DNA from: Mayamaea pseudoterrestris | Taxonomy: Eukaryota | Reading direction: 5' to 3' | NCBI GenBank assembly: GCA_027923505.1 | Contig: BROI01000001.1 | Location: 2,294,001-2,358,000, forward strand | DNA length: 64,000 nucleotides | In this document: positions 1 through 11,014 of the stretch, one piece after another | How the letters are laid out: every line of letters starts with the position of its first letter | Position numbering within the stretch: position 1 is the first letter of the stretch | Position numbers and translations under genes: made by a program | Notes under the pieces: generated by a model | Databases searched by the model: none | What the model was told of the DNA's origin: nothing | Seen by the model: only the letters and a program-made list of their open reading frames with translations

Positions 1-1678
1 TCACCGGAATCGACCCATGGTTGAGCCAGATCTCCCTACGCACAGCCTCCAGAGTAATGACTCGCTTGTCACCAACCTTGACGGCCGCGTCGGGATCAAT
101 AATGGTTTGTGCGAGCTTACTCACTCGCTCTTTGGCTGATTGTGACGCCTTGTCGGCGGCAGCCATAATCTTAGTGATGTGGTCCATTTCATTATCGCCC
201 TTGGCAGCAACCTTTGGCGAACCTCCGCTTGTTGCAGCGTCAGTCCTGGCCGCTCCATCACCAGCAAGTCCAGCTTCAGTCGACACAGCCGTGACTTCTC
301 CTCTCGCCTTGGCAAGCATGCGTTTAAAACCGGCGATCGAAGCCAATCCTTCCGCCCCAGAAACCGCTTCCACCTCATCGTCAAAGTCATCGTCATCCTC
401 ATCATCGTCTTCCGCCTCATAGTCTGCTTCGTCAAAATTAACTTCCGTCTCGCCAACATCGACATCATCGTCATCAAACTGTTCATTTGCATCATAATCT
501 AACTCGTCGTATTCCGCTTGTACGTCGCGTTGGTAAAAGTCATCCTGCATTGCAGCGCCGTCGGCTCCCCGCTCCTGCTCTCCGGCAGGGCCAGTAGCGT
601 TAGTATTGTCGTCGTTACCTTCACGATTCGCATTAAAGGCGTTAAACCTTTGCTTGGCGGCGAATATTGCATCATTTGTTCCACCAAGAACGCCGTCGTC
701 GCCAACTCGGACAGAGTCGTCCGCCATGGAGCTGAGCAGTTCCTTGCGTGCACCAGACGCACCCTTGCGCGAGGCAAACGCCACATCGCTCATGACGTCT
801 TCTCCCTCTTCAATGGCGCCACTGCCAGCAGCAGCGTTGAAGTGCATGAGTTTTCCCATGAGTCTATGCTTGCTGCTGTTCTTGTTTAAATGATTGTTCA
901 TTCTCGCCGCAGCGACACCTCCAAACCCAGGAGGTAATCCCGAGGTCGCCGATGCAATGTTAGCCGCCGTTGGCATGCGCGTCAAACCAGGCTGTCCCTT
1001 CTGCTGCTCCATGATTGCTTGTGCCTGCGAAAGTGAAAGTGACGCTCGCGAGGCTGGCTGTGCAAACAGAATGGTTGAATTTCCGGCTGGAACAACCCGA
1101 CAAGACAAGGTCGGAGTAGCATCATCATCATCGTTCGTGTCCATGAATGTTGTTTCATTTAACTGCTCCAGAATAATGTAATGACTGGGATTATGCTCGG
1201 GTACTCCTTCGTAGCGTGACGACATTTTCAAGTGTGAATTGTCATCGGCTGCAGCGGCGTCAGTCTTCTTCTCCCGTCGAGCCACCATGGTTTCAAAGAA
1301 ATCGACCTTTTCTTGTAGAATCCATTGTCGCTTGGGAGCCTCAAATTGTCGCCATCGTTTCTTCTTCTTTAATCGAGTGTCAGCATCATCGTCACTGTCG
1401 TCGAGCGCCTTTGGAACATCCTGCTGATACAATCGTCCAGACTTCCATGGCTCTTTCGTAAAAGCTGGAGGAACAACAGACTCTGGAAACTTTGCGATCA
1501 ACGGAAAGGCTTGCTTGGGAGCCTTGGCGTCGACTGGATCAACTGTGAGTATATTATTGGGTCCTTTGACGAGTCGCAGACGAATGGATCCACCGACGGG
1601 TAGCGCCTTGCCGAGCGTCTGCAGAAGGGAATCGACGCCATATTTTCGTTTCGCAGACGATGACGAGTTGCTTGACAT
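1..1678 (-). CDS. Transcription initiation factor IIF large subunit (TFIIF-alpha/RAP74/Tfg1-like), 3'-truncated by the window edge
   Basis: Manual translation from ATG at 1678 (MSSNSSSSAKRKYGVDSLL...) stays open to base 1; the ORF track misses it because it has no stop codon in the window. The N-terminal block YEGVPEHNPSHYIILEQ...CRVVPAGNSTILFAQPASRASLSLSQAQAIME resembles the RAP74 dimerisation region. A long acidic tract follows, then ITLEAVRREIWLNHGSIP, which resembles the start of the C-terminal winged helix. Confidence 0.75.
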   Translation of the reverse strand, partial: MSSNSSSSAKRKYGVDSLLQTLGKALPVGGSIRLRLVKGPNNILTVDPVDAKAPKQAFPLIAKFPESVVPPAFTKEPWKSGRLYQQDVPKALDDSDDDADTRLKKKKRWRQFEAPKRQWILQEKVDFFETMVARREKKTDAAAADDNSHLKMSSRYEGVPEHNPSHYIILEQLNETTFMDTNDDDDATPTLSCRVVPAGNSTILFAQPASRASLSLSQAQAIMEQQKGQPGLTRMPTAANIASATSGLPPGFGGVAAARMNNHLNKNSSKHRLMGKLMHFNAAAGSGAIEEGEDVMSDVAFASRKGASGARKELLSSMADDSVRVGDDGVLGGTNDAIFAAKQRFNAFNANREGNDDNTNATGPAGEQERGADGAAMQDDFYQRDVQAEYDELDYDANEQFDDDDVDVGETEVNFDEADYEAEDDDEDDDDFDDEVEAVSGAEGLASIAGFKRMLAKARGEVTAVSTEAGLAGDGAARTDAATSGGSPKVAAKGDNEMDHITKIMAAADKASQSAKERVSKLAQTIIDPDAAVKVGDKRVITLEAVRREIWLNHGSIPV

Positions 1679-1967
1679 GCCTATTGTATGTGATTTAGAT
1701 TGAATTGGTACGTTGCCGGAGATTAATTTGGAAGAGATGAATGAATCTCCATGATGTGAGGCTTGCGACGGACATGATGCGACAAATTTTAGTAAGCGGC
1801 ACTAAAAAGACAACTTCCAAGGGGCGATGAGAAACATACATGTTGTACATACTGGTAATGGGAGTACAAATATAGTTAAATGGAAAGGATAGCTGCACAT
1901 AGGTGCAGGTACTCACACAGTAGTAGTTATGTATAACACCAAGATTTGTCGCGCGATTTATCATTGT

Positions 1968-3270
1968 CTACATTAGCCCAATGGTTTCCTTCAGACCCAA
2001 CGCAATGTTCAAATTCTGCACTGCTGCTCCACTTGCACCCTTTCCCAAGTTATCCAGTCTGGCGCAAAGCAAAGCTTGCTCCTCATCGTCATTGGCAAAT
2101 ACAAAGATTTGCAGCTTGTTTGTGTTCGCCAAGGTATCTGGCGCTAAGAAGGCTCCACGTTCCAGCAAATCAGCCGCCTTGACTGCCTCCTCGCCCAACG
2201 GCATGACCTCGACAAACGTGCTTCCCTCGTAGTGCTTCTTGTATGCGTCGTGAATGGCTTGAGCGCTGGGATTCTTGAGCCAGGCGTAATGGAGCGGAAC
2301 GCTGACAACCATGCCTTGCGCAAAGTCGCCGACGGCTGGTTGAAAGATTGGATTCTTCCCCAAGTTGGAGTACTTTGCCATTTCTGGAACATGCTTGTGC
2401 TTGAGTCCAAGTCCGTACGTGCCCCATGGCTCGTGCTTTTCCGTTTCGAAAATCTTCATCAATTGGGCGCCCCCACCTGAAAATCCTGAAATGGCATTGA
2501 CAGTCAATGGCGTTCCCTTTGGCAGAATGCCAGCATCAACGAGCGGACGAGTGAGCCCGATGAACCCCGTCGGATAACATCCAGGGTTGCTAATCCGCTT
2601 GGATTTCGACAAGGCGATGCGTTGCTCCGGCGAAAGTTCTGTTGCGCAGAAGGAAGAAGGAATTATGGGTCAGCGCAAAGCGCACATGCGCCTCGCTCGC
2701 TGCCGCCTCACACCTCACAACAGTGCGTACGTACCTGGAAAGCCTGTAGATTGTGAAAAGGAAGAGAAGATAGATGATGAAATGAGCGTCTGAATGACTA
2801 GAAAAGGACGACCAACGATGGCCGAGCGCATCAGCGCAACATGGCCCATTCTGTCTCAGCCTTGCGAAACGTAACGCACCGTAATCCCAATCATCATTGA
2901 CCCGAAAGGCTGTCGATGCATCAATCAGTACAGTTCGATCATTACCGGCTTCTATCCACGACGCTGCTTCCTCCGATGCTGCATCAGGAAGGCAGAAAAT
3001 AACTGCATCGGCTTCATTGATCAGCTTTTTTCTCGTGGCATCATCCTTGCGCAAGTCGTCGGGAATCTTGAGAATTTCAACATCGTCGCGAGCTTCCAGT
3101 CGTTCTCTGACTTGCAGCCCCGTAGTTCCAGCTTCTCCATCAATGAATATCTTTGGCTTGGCCAGAAGACGAGTGCTGGCAGTCGATTTTTGAACGATGG
3201 AAGGCGGAGCAAAGGCTTCACTTCCAACAGCGAGAAGTACGGCACTCACAGTCAATCCTACTACTTTCAT
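1968..3270 (-). CDS. argC: N-acetyl-gamma-glutamyl-phosphate reductase (type 2 ArgC), plastid-targeted; exons 3270-2880, 2743-2735, 2638-1968
   Basis: Motifs KIFIDGEAGTTGL, IDASTAFR, spliced YGFPEL, ISNPGCYPTG, SGFSGGG and ARLDNLGKGASGAAVQN. A signal peptide is followed by SEAFAP (ASAFAP-like). GT-AG introns at 2879-2744 and 2734-2639. Confidence 0.95.
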
Positions 3271-3568
3271 GGTTGATAAAGAAACAGATACTGAAGATAC
3301 AATTACCGACAATAAATTATGACTGGATGGATAAGGGTGGAAAGGAAGCAGTGGCCGTCACAAAATCGGAGGCAAGTGCACGGAAGAATGGTCGAGCGGA
3401 TCGGAAAGATCCTATTGGGTACCGTTACGACATATGTCAACGTCTATTCGAGCGTTGCTTCAGAGCGCATTCTTTCAAACTATCTTTAATCTTTAAAGTA
3501 TACTACTGAGTAAGACACGAGGCCACAGATATGAAACAATCAACCGTACTTTGACTTATGCTGACAGA

Positions 3569-6500
3569 TTATCGCTTGCCATCCTTTCCAGTGCTTTGAA
3601 TCTTGTTGGCGGCAATGATCGAGTTTACCGCCGCCTTCACCTTGGATTTGGCAACCTTGAGCTCGTCAAGATTGCCGCTCAAGTTCCGTTGCATCAAAGA
3701 AGACTCCTCCATCTTGATCCAATCACTGTCCAGAGCAGCCGTAGCCGTGATGCGTCCAATCGGGTTCACCGTCAACATGCGGGCAATGAGAATCTTGGCG
3801 TCCTCCGATACATCGCTCCAATAACGCTTGTGGAACTTGTACTCGCCATACCGGATGGATCGCATCACATCCTCGCCTTCGCCGCGGAACGGTCGGTAGC
3901 CGCCCAACAAGATGTACAAGCAAACGCCAAAGCTCCACATGTCACACTGAACGTCATACGCGGGTCGGTGCTCTAGAATTTCAGGACTGACATATCCTTC
4001 GGTACCGCACTGAGTTTCCAAGGCATTTGGGTACAAGACTCGCTTGGCAAAGGAAAAGTCGACAATCTTGACGTCCACATCATTGTCCTTGGCGACACAA
4101 ATCAGGGATTCCGTCTTGAGATTACGAATGGCAATGCGTCGGTTGTGGCAGTACTCAATGCCATGCAACACTCCTTTGACAAGCTTTCGGGCATCTGCTT
4201 CGGAGTAGTAACGTTTAGTTATAATGCGATCAATCACCGAGCCACCATAGAGCCGCTCCATGACCATGTACGTAAAGTCGGGTTCTTCAAAAACGTCATA
4301 CAGTTGAGCTATGCAAGTGCCACCGGAAACCATACGCAATGCAGCAATTTCATCCTGCAGGGCGACGGCATCGGAAGGTTGCATATCGGAGCGCTTGAAG
4401 CGTTTGACAGCAAAAACGCTCTTGGTCTGGCGGTTCTTGCTTTCATGGCATACAAAGTATCCTCCATCCTCAATCTCCTTGCCCCATCGATACAACCCTT
4501 CAAAAGGCTTGCCGCTAGTAGAGTCTTCTATGATTTCCTCATTGCCTTCTTTAACAGGCCGAAGCACGTCGCTTGTTCGCTTGGCAATACGGTTTTTGAT
4601 TTCTTCGCTCGTTCCTAGTCCTACAGTAAATGACACATCCAGCGACTCGTATTTATTCTTGGGTTTCTTGGGCTGAATCTCCTTGGCTGCTACTTGCTTC
4701 TCCTTAAATGAGTTTAAAGCTTCTTTAGCTCCCGACAAGTCCTTAGCGGTCAGTGATTCTTCCTCAATTGTCATCCAAGGGCACTGCAACGCTTCTTCAG
4801 CCGATAGCCGGCGTTCGACATCAATCTCTAACAAACTAGCAATCATGCCCTTTGCCGCGTCCGAAATGTCACTCCAGTACTTGTCGTGAAAGCAGTAGTC
4901 AGCCTTACAAATCGCTCGAGCGAGTTCCTGCACTGGGCCTTCAAACGGCGCGTAGCCTCCAAGTAAAATATATACAACAACGCCAACACTCCACATGTCA
5001 GCGCGCCAGTCGTACCCGCCGCTCTGCAAGTCGAGAACTTCCTGTTGACAAGAACGAGAACATTTGTTTAGCTTGGTACAAGACATGACAACGCTATGAG
5101 CGGACTGCTTTCACATTGCTCACGTTGCTGTCACACTAAAACAACCATCCCACGTTCGTACCGGCGCTACGTATTGAGCGGTGCCACAAAGCGTCCGCAA
5201 GCAAAATGGCTTCGGAGCCTTCTTGGCAAAGCCAAAGTCGGCAATTTTGATGGTTGTGTCATCGTCTGCTTCCACCATGAGTACCTGCCGAAACATGAGG
5301 GACGAGTAAGTAATGACGCCGACGCATGATCGAAACACTTTAAAACAGCAGCAAGTCAGTCAATTCACGCACATTCTCCGGCTTGATGTCTCTGTGACAA
5401 ATCTTCATTTTGTGAAGGTAGTCCATTGCCTGAAAAATGATCTTGCAAGTCTTTCGAGCCTCGCGTTCCGTGTACACCTCTTTTTCAGTGATGCGAGTCA
5501 GCAAGTCGCCGCCCTTCATCTCCTCCATGACGAGATATGTATGCCCAGCGTTTGGTTCCTCAAACACATCAAAGAGCCGAATGATGTGCGGGCCGCCTCT
5601 GACGAGCTTCAAAATGGTAATCTCTTCCTTGAGTGCCAATAACGAGTTCTCTTCCAGAACGTCTGTGTTGACATCCTTAATAGCGTAAGCTTCCTTAGTT
5701 ATCTTGTTTGTGCATCGATATACGCAAGCGTAACCGCCTTCGCCGAGAATGTCTCCAAATTCGTACACATCATCGCACTTTTTGCCGCTGTTTCCCTCCT
5801 CCTTGAACTTCGGTTGCTGTCGGTGCGCCACTCCGTCTGGCGTAATTCGCATCTGCGACTCTCCCCGCTGCCGATCCAAAAACCCAGTAAAATTTTCCTG
5901 CAAGTCATTAAGCCGATTCGCATTTGCCTTGTTTGTGTTAGCCTTTTGCTTGCCTTTTATCGTCGTTTCTTTAAGGTGGTCAACGTTAAGCGCTGTCGAT
6001 TCAAGCTCAACGTCGTTACGGAGCATCCATTCATGCTTAAGCGCTTCATCCGCGCTGAATCGCTTATTTGGATTGACAGTGAGCAGCTTGGTGACCAAGT
6101 CCTTGGCAGCCTTAGAAATGAGCTTCCAGTAGGTTGGATGGAAAAAGTACTTGCCGTTTCGGGTATGCTCAAACACCTTGTCCTCGTCTTGATCGTCAAA
6201 TGGTAAATATCCGCCGAGCAGTAGAAAGAGAATCACGCCAACACTCCATAGGTCGCACTTGGTGTCGTATGCCGGCCATCGCTCCAGAATTTCCTGCGCG
6301 CACGAGGGTGACGAACGCATGAGAAAAGCAATCTAGTCGCTAAATCCACTTGATACTCTCCGGACCTTCTTTCACCAGCAATTCTACGACAAACTTCAGA
6401 CTTACCGGACTCATATACCCAGGGGTACCGCAAAGCGTTCGGCATCCATTGACTTTCTTGACTATCTTGGAAAAGCCAAAATCTGCAAGCTTGACCTGCG

Positions 6501-7266
6501 TATCCGATCCGGTTTCGACAAGCAGTAAATTCTCCGGTTTTAAATCACGATGAGCCATGCGTCTGTGCAACAGGAGTTGTGAAAAGTTATAGTAAGTGAC
6601 GGCAAGTTGCGGCAAATATGTCGGCCTGCCAACACACTTATTGCGACTCACTTGAGATGAAGGTACTCCAACCCCGTCAATACACCGCGAATGGCATCTC
6701 GCGCTGATTTTTCCGAAAAGGTCTTGTTGTCGAGTATCCGCTCAAAGAGTTCGCCGCCTCGCATTAGTTCGGTGACAAGATAGCAATGTGACTTTTCTTC
6801 GTATACTTCGTAGAGTTGTACAATGTTTGGTCCTTGTCGCACCTATTGTAGAGGATGATTGATAAATGAGACGACTTGATGCATAAAACGCGTGCGCGTT
6901 TAACCGAAGGTCCAAACGTACCGTAATGAGATTGTTGACTTCATCCTCCAAAGCATCCCTCGAATCGCCCCAAACCATTTTGCTTCTATCAATTTTTTTA
7001 ATGGCATATTCAACCTTTGTCGCCTTGTGCACTCCAAGAAAGACGTTACTAAAGGCTCCTAATCCAAGCTCCCTTCCTTTACTATATAACTTGTCAAATT
7101 CTCCCTTGCCAGGCACAACGCGGACCTTTTGATCTAGCGAGGGTGGCTTAGAGTGATCATACCCATCGTCTCCCATGGAAATGAGCGACTGCGCCGGCGC
7201 CGATGCTCGATTACTGGGCCGCTTGCCCTTGTTCTTCTTGATTGGCGATGTTGAAGCAGGATCCAT
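3569..7266 (-). CDS. CaMK-family Ser/Thr protein kinase with three tandem kinase domains; exons 7266-6922, 6842-6652, 6562-6406, 6293-5373, 5284-5162, 5041-3569
   Basis: Domain 1: GLGAFSNV/AIKK/HRDLKPEN/DFG/CGTPGYMSPE. Domain 2: GEGGYACV/AIKD/HRDIKPEN/DFG/CGTAQYVAPE. Domain 3: AVKR/IRNLKTES/DFS/CGTEGYVSPE. Five GT-AG introns join the ORF-track pieces in frame. Confidence 0.9.
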
Positions 7267-7884
7267 GATTATTGTATGTTGGAAGAATGTTTATATACGG
7301 AGTTGCCTACTGGAAGATCCAATTGTTCTGCCGAGTAATGGAACGAAAGAAGAACAAGCAACGGCGTCAGAAAAGCAGCCGTCGTCCACCATGCATGATT
7401 TTCATCGTCCTTCGACAACGATTTCAGCGACCTTGACATCTGCTCTACCTATATTCATGTTTTGATGCGATTGGTATGCTTCATATTGGTCATGCAACAT
7501 CGTGATACCCACTGACACGTCAAGACCGTCAACTGCTCTTGATCATCGTCTGTCTCCAATTCAAACTCACCAAGCTCTTGATTCTCCATGCAATTCTAAT
7601 TGACTACAGTGACCAATCTTATCTACGAATAGTCAGCTTTCCATAACATACATGCGCGCTTTGAGATCCAAGCCGGGTCGTCACGGTCCTCTCGTCATGG
7701 CAGCAAGCAGCGCCGCGTTGCTCGGGTCTTGTGTGAAAGCTTCCATAGTGACTTTGATATTTTTATGAACGAACGAGACATGTGCCCAATGACTCATTAA
7801 TGTCACAAGAGCGTCGCGCTGGGTGCCTTTATACTATGTGCCAGAATGTACTACAAATCCATCTAGTGTGGTCTATAGAGTAAT

Positions 7885-8028
7885 GCCAAAAACTTTGATT
7901 TTCAAATTACTGTACGCCAAAGTGTAGTGTCAAAAACTTTGATTTCAAAGTTACTGGCACTGTGAGACCAAGTGTACTGCCAAAAACTTTGATTTTCGAA
8001 GTTATTGGCACTGTAAGCCAAAGTGTAC
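7885..8028. repeat. Three degenerate tandem copies of a 44-50-bp AT-rich unit (core CAAAAACTTTGATTT..AAGTTA.TGGCACTGT...AAGTGTA)
   Basis: Copies start near 7885, 7929 and 7979 in the intergenic region upstream of the triple kinase. Confidence 0.85.
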
Positions 8029-8862
8029 ATAATCAACTCCCGACAACTCCCGACGCCTTGACCATGGAGCAACGAGCGAGATGTTGCTCATGACGCTGCG
8101 GCATGACGATGGAGATGCTTGCTGCAACTTCTTGGCAAGTCAAATGAACCAGCTGCTGTATAGGTCTCACTTTTAGTGGATGTCATGAAAGGTTACCGAA
8201 AGAATGATGGACCTGCATGGACGCGTATGACGCATGTGACGCAGCCAATATCCAATCGTTGCTCTACTTCGCGATTTCCTGCCCGGCACTCTCAAGGACT
8301 TGAGTACATATATGATTGAACGAGTATGGTTTGGACATTGTCGGTAGGTTTGGAGTTACTGTAAATTGCGAGGCGCAGGCAGCATCAGCATCGATTCGCT
8401 CACTTCAGCAAAGAGGGAGCAGGGAGCAGGGTGAATGACTGGGACAAAAGCATGGAGGAACATCGAGTCTTTGCTGATGTCTGACGCAAAAGAGAAATGA
8501 ACATTGCCAATGCCTTACGCGTACAGTAACAGCAGGCTGACCATAGTCGCTCGCCGCGCGTGGAAATGCTGCCATGCGCCGACAAAAATCGTTGCGAAAC
8601 AACCTCTCAGACGCCAACGCATCTGCTCAATCTCTCATATTAAAAGCCCCGGTACTACTGCATCACAATGATGATATTGGTAACGGCAAACTACTTTTCT
8701 ATTGCATCGAAATGTCGTCTAATAATTCTCTCGGTCAAGTAGAACGTACTGTACTTCTGCATTTGCTAACACTCAATCAAAGTCCTGTATCATTGTTTTA
8801 TAAACTTCTATAGTATAGCTGCAAACATAAGTGCTTCAATGCGACACAGACCAAGCGTATCG

Positions 8863-10560
8863 CTATAGATCGATCTTGTTCAGTATTTCATCGACAGCCT
8901 CCTGCACATCCATGGCAAAGACGGCTGTTCCAATCGCAAAGTTCGTCCAAAGACCAGATACCATGCCTGACAGACCACCAAACACAGCCGACAAACCAGT
9001 CCGCATTTGCATTGACGTCTTGTTGTCAGTCGCCTGTGCAGTAGAGCTCGTCGTGTCAATTGCCTTGGACTCCTTCTTTCCAAACGGCAAGAGCTGCTTG
9101 ATGCCATCAAGACCCAAATTACTAAAGACACAGCCAGTCAGTATCAAGACGGCGCCCAGGCCACTATCGATACCAAGCTGCTCGCCCATGACCAAAGACG
9201 CAAAGACCGTGCCCCAAATTGGTTCCGTCGAAAATATGAGCGTTGTTTCCGCCGCCGAAAGCGTCTTGAGCGCCAACGTTTCCATGTATACAGTCAGCGC
9301 AGTGGTGATGCATCCCGTCCAAAACAAACCAAAGAGTACTTGCGGGTCTGACATCCATTCCATCGCATGCTGCAGACTCAGTGCGCCTGGCTCGGCAATA
9401 GTACTATAGGCAAGCGACCCCAAAAAGACGGCCATCAGTTGCGCCGCCGTTGATCGATTCGCCTCGTCTGGATGCAGTCGCATGCACTGCTCCATCTTCC
9501 AAAATCCCAAACCAAAGCAAAGTGGCTGTACCAAGCTGGCCAAGTCGCCCGAGGATAGCTGCAAGCTGCCCGTTGCAAAAACGTCACCGAGTTCCAAAAT
9601 GGCAACACCGCCAATGGCCATGAGAGTTCCCGTCAACTGATTACGCGACACTGACTTGTTGGCAAACAGATAATCCAAAAGTGGAACGACAACGACTGCC
9701 AGCGAGCATAAAAAGGCCGACTTGCTAGCCGCCGTTGTTTCCAACCCGACGGCCTGAGCAACGTATCCAATGGCATTGTAGGCTCCGACTTCAAAACCAA
9801 GCAACGCAGCGCCCCATTGATGCTTTGAGTAATCGTCTTGTTGTTGCTGCTGGTGTATAGCGACTCCAGTAGTACTTGTAGCGTCTTGCTGGTCAATCGC
9901 TTGACTTGATTTTGGCGCTCGTGATGGCAATAGCCAGGGAGACGTTGCTAGTGCCGCCATGCCAAAGCGCAGCGTACTCGAAGCTCCAACAGGCAAATGC
10001 GCCTGTCCGAGCAGCTTGACGAGTGAAAAGTTTGTTCCATACAGGGCTGCAGCACCGAGAAGTAACCAGCGAGCATTGATAATAGCCTTTTGTTTTTGCT
10101 GCTGCACCTCCTCAACGGATGACTCATGAGGTTGTAACGTAAAGACGGCAGAGGTGGTGGCAGCAAGAGTCTTTGAATCACCCAAGTCTCCTTCTGTTAC
10201 AGCAGAGTCCTGATGTAACTGCAACTCATGTTGATGTCGTTGAAGGTCTCGTAGCAATGTATTGGAAAGCTCCTCGTCATTCATCAAGGACGACGATGCG
10301 GATGTTGATTGATCTTGATTGCGTTGCTCACAGTCAATCTCATCATCCACGGCGGAGTAGGCGAGTCGAGACAATCCTCGCTGAACGAAGAATGGCTTGA
10401 AAGACGGTAGCGGTAGTCGTGAAGACGTCGACCGTGTGACTGTAAATGCTTGACATCCGATTGACAGTGAAGAAAAGCTCGACCAGCAAAGGAACGCAAT
10501 TGCCGCTGCACCGCTAGCACTGGAGGTAGAGGTCCGGTCGCGCTTCATCCTTGCTATCAT
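8863..10560 (-). CDS. EamA/DMT-family (drug/metabolite) transporter, probably plastid-targeted
   Basis: About 10 hydrophobic segments with EamA-type motifs (AAALYGTNFSLVK, QAVGLETTAASKSAFL, ALKTLSAAETTLIFSTEPIWG). The N-terminal hydrophobic stretch is followed by CQAF and an S/T/R-rich transit-like peptide. The exact start codon is uncertain. Confidence 0.85.
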   Translation of the reverse strand: MIARMKRDRTSTSSASGAAAIAFLCWSSFSSLSIGCQAFTVTRSTSSRLPLPSFKPFFVQRGLSRLAYSAVDDEIDCEQRNQDQSTSASSSLMNDEELSNTLLRDLQRHQHELQLHQDSAVTEGDLGDSKTLAATTSAVFTLQPHESSVEEVQQQKQKAIINARWLLLGAAALYGTNFSLVKLLGQAHLPVGASSTLRFGMAALATSPWLLPSRAPKSSQAIDQQDATSTTGVAIHQQQQQDDYSKHQWGAALLGFEVGAYNAIGYVAQAVGLETTAASKSAFLCSLAVVVVPLLDYLFANKSVSRNQLTGTLMAIGGVAILELGDVFATGSLQLSSGDLASLVQPLCFGLGFWKMEQCMRLHPDEANRSTAAQLMAVFLGSLAYSTIAEPGALSLQHAMEWMSDPQVLFGLFWTGCITTALTVYMETLALKTLSAAETTLIFSTEPIWGTVFASLVMGEQLGIDSGLGAVLILTGCVFSNLGLDGIKQLLPFGKKESKAIDTTSSTAQATDNKTSMQMRTGLSAVFGGLSGMVSGLWTNFAIGTAVFAMDVQEAVDEILNKIDL

Positions 10561-11014
10561 ATTTGCAGTGAGTTTGATAGTGCTTCTGAATGCTACGCCT
10601 CTTCAGTCTTGTCGTGTTTGCTTGATGGAACGGAGAAGGTGGAACCAGACGGATGAATCTTGTGGACCGCCACCGATTCCATCAAGTCGACGACCGACAC
10701 GTCGCGCAAACCCCCCACGAGCAGAAGGCCATCGTGAAAACAGCGTTCCGTGGGGGCTCCTCGTTGCACTTCCACGTCACGCAACACATGCAAAACATTT
10801 TACTCCATGTCTTTGCGGTACTCACAAGATCGTCCGCGAACCTCGACGAGAGCGTTCGATCGATCACCGTCCGATTATCTTTATTGGCTTGGCTTGGCCA
10901 TCCATTGAACCTTGGACTGACTGGCACCTGCTGTCATACTATAAGATCAGCGAGTACGAGTACTTCCACCTGTAATAGATAGTTCACGCGCAGTAAAACT
11001 TCGGCTCCATCATC

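Noticed and set aside
21..1964. Short ORF-track calls at the window start, and antisense or alternate-frame ORFs throughout the genic region
   Set aside because: They are shadows of the real genes, for example the TFIIF-like frame 1678 to <1 on the minus strand.
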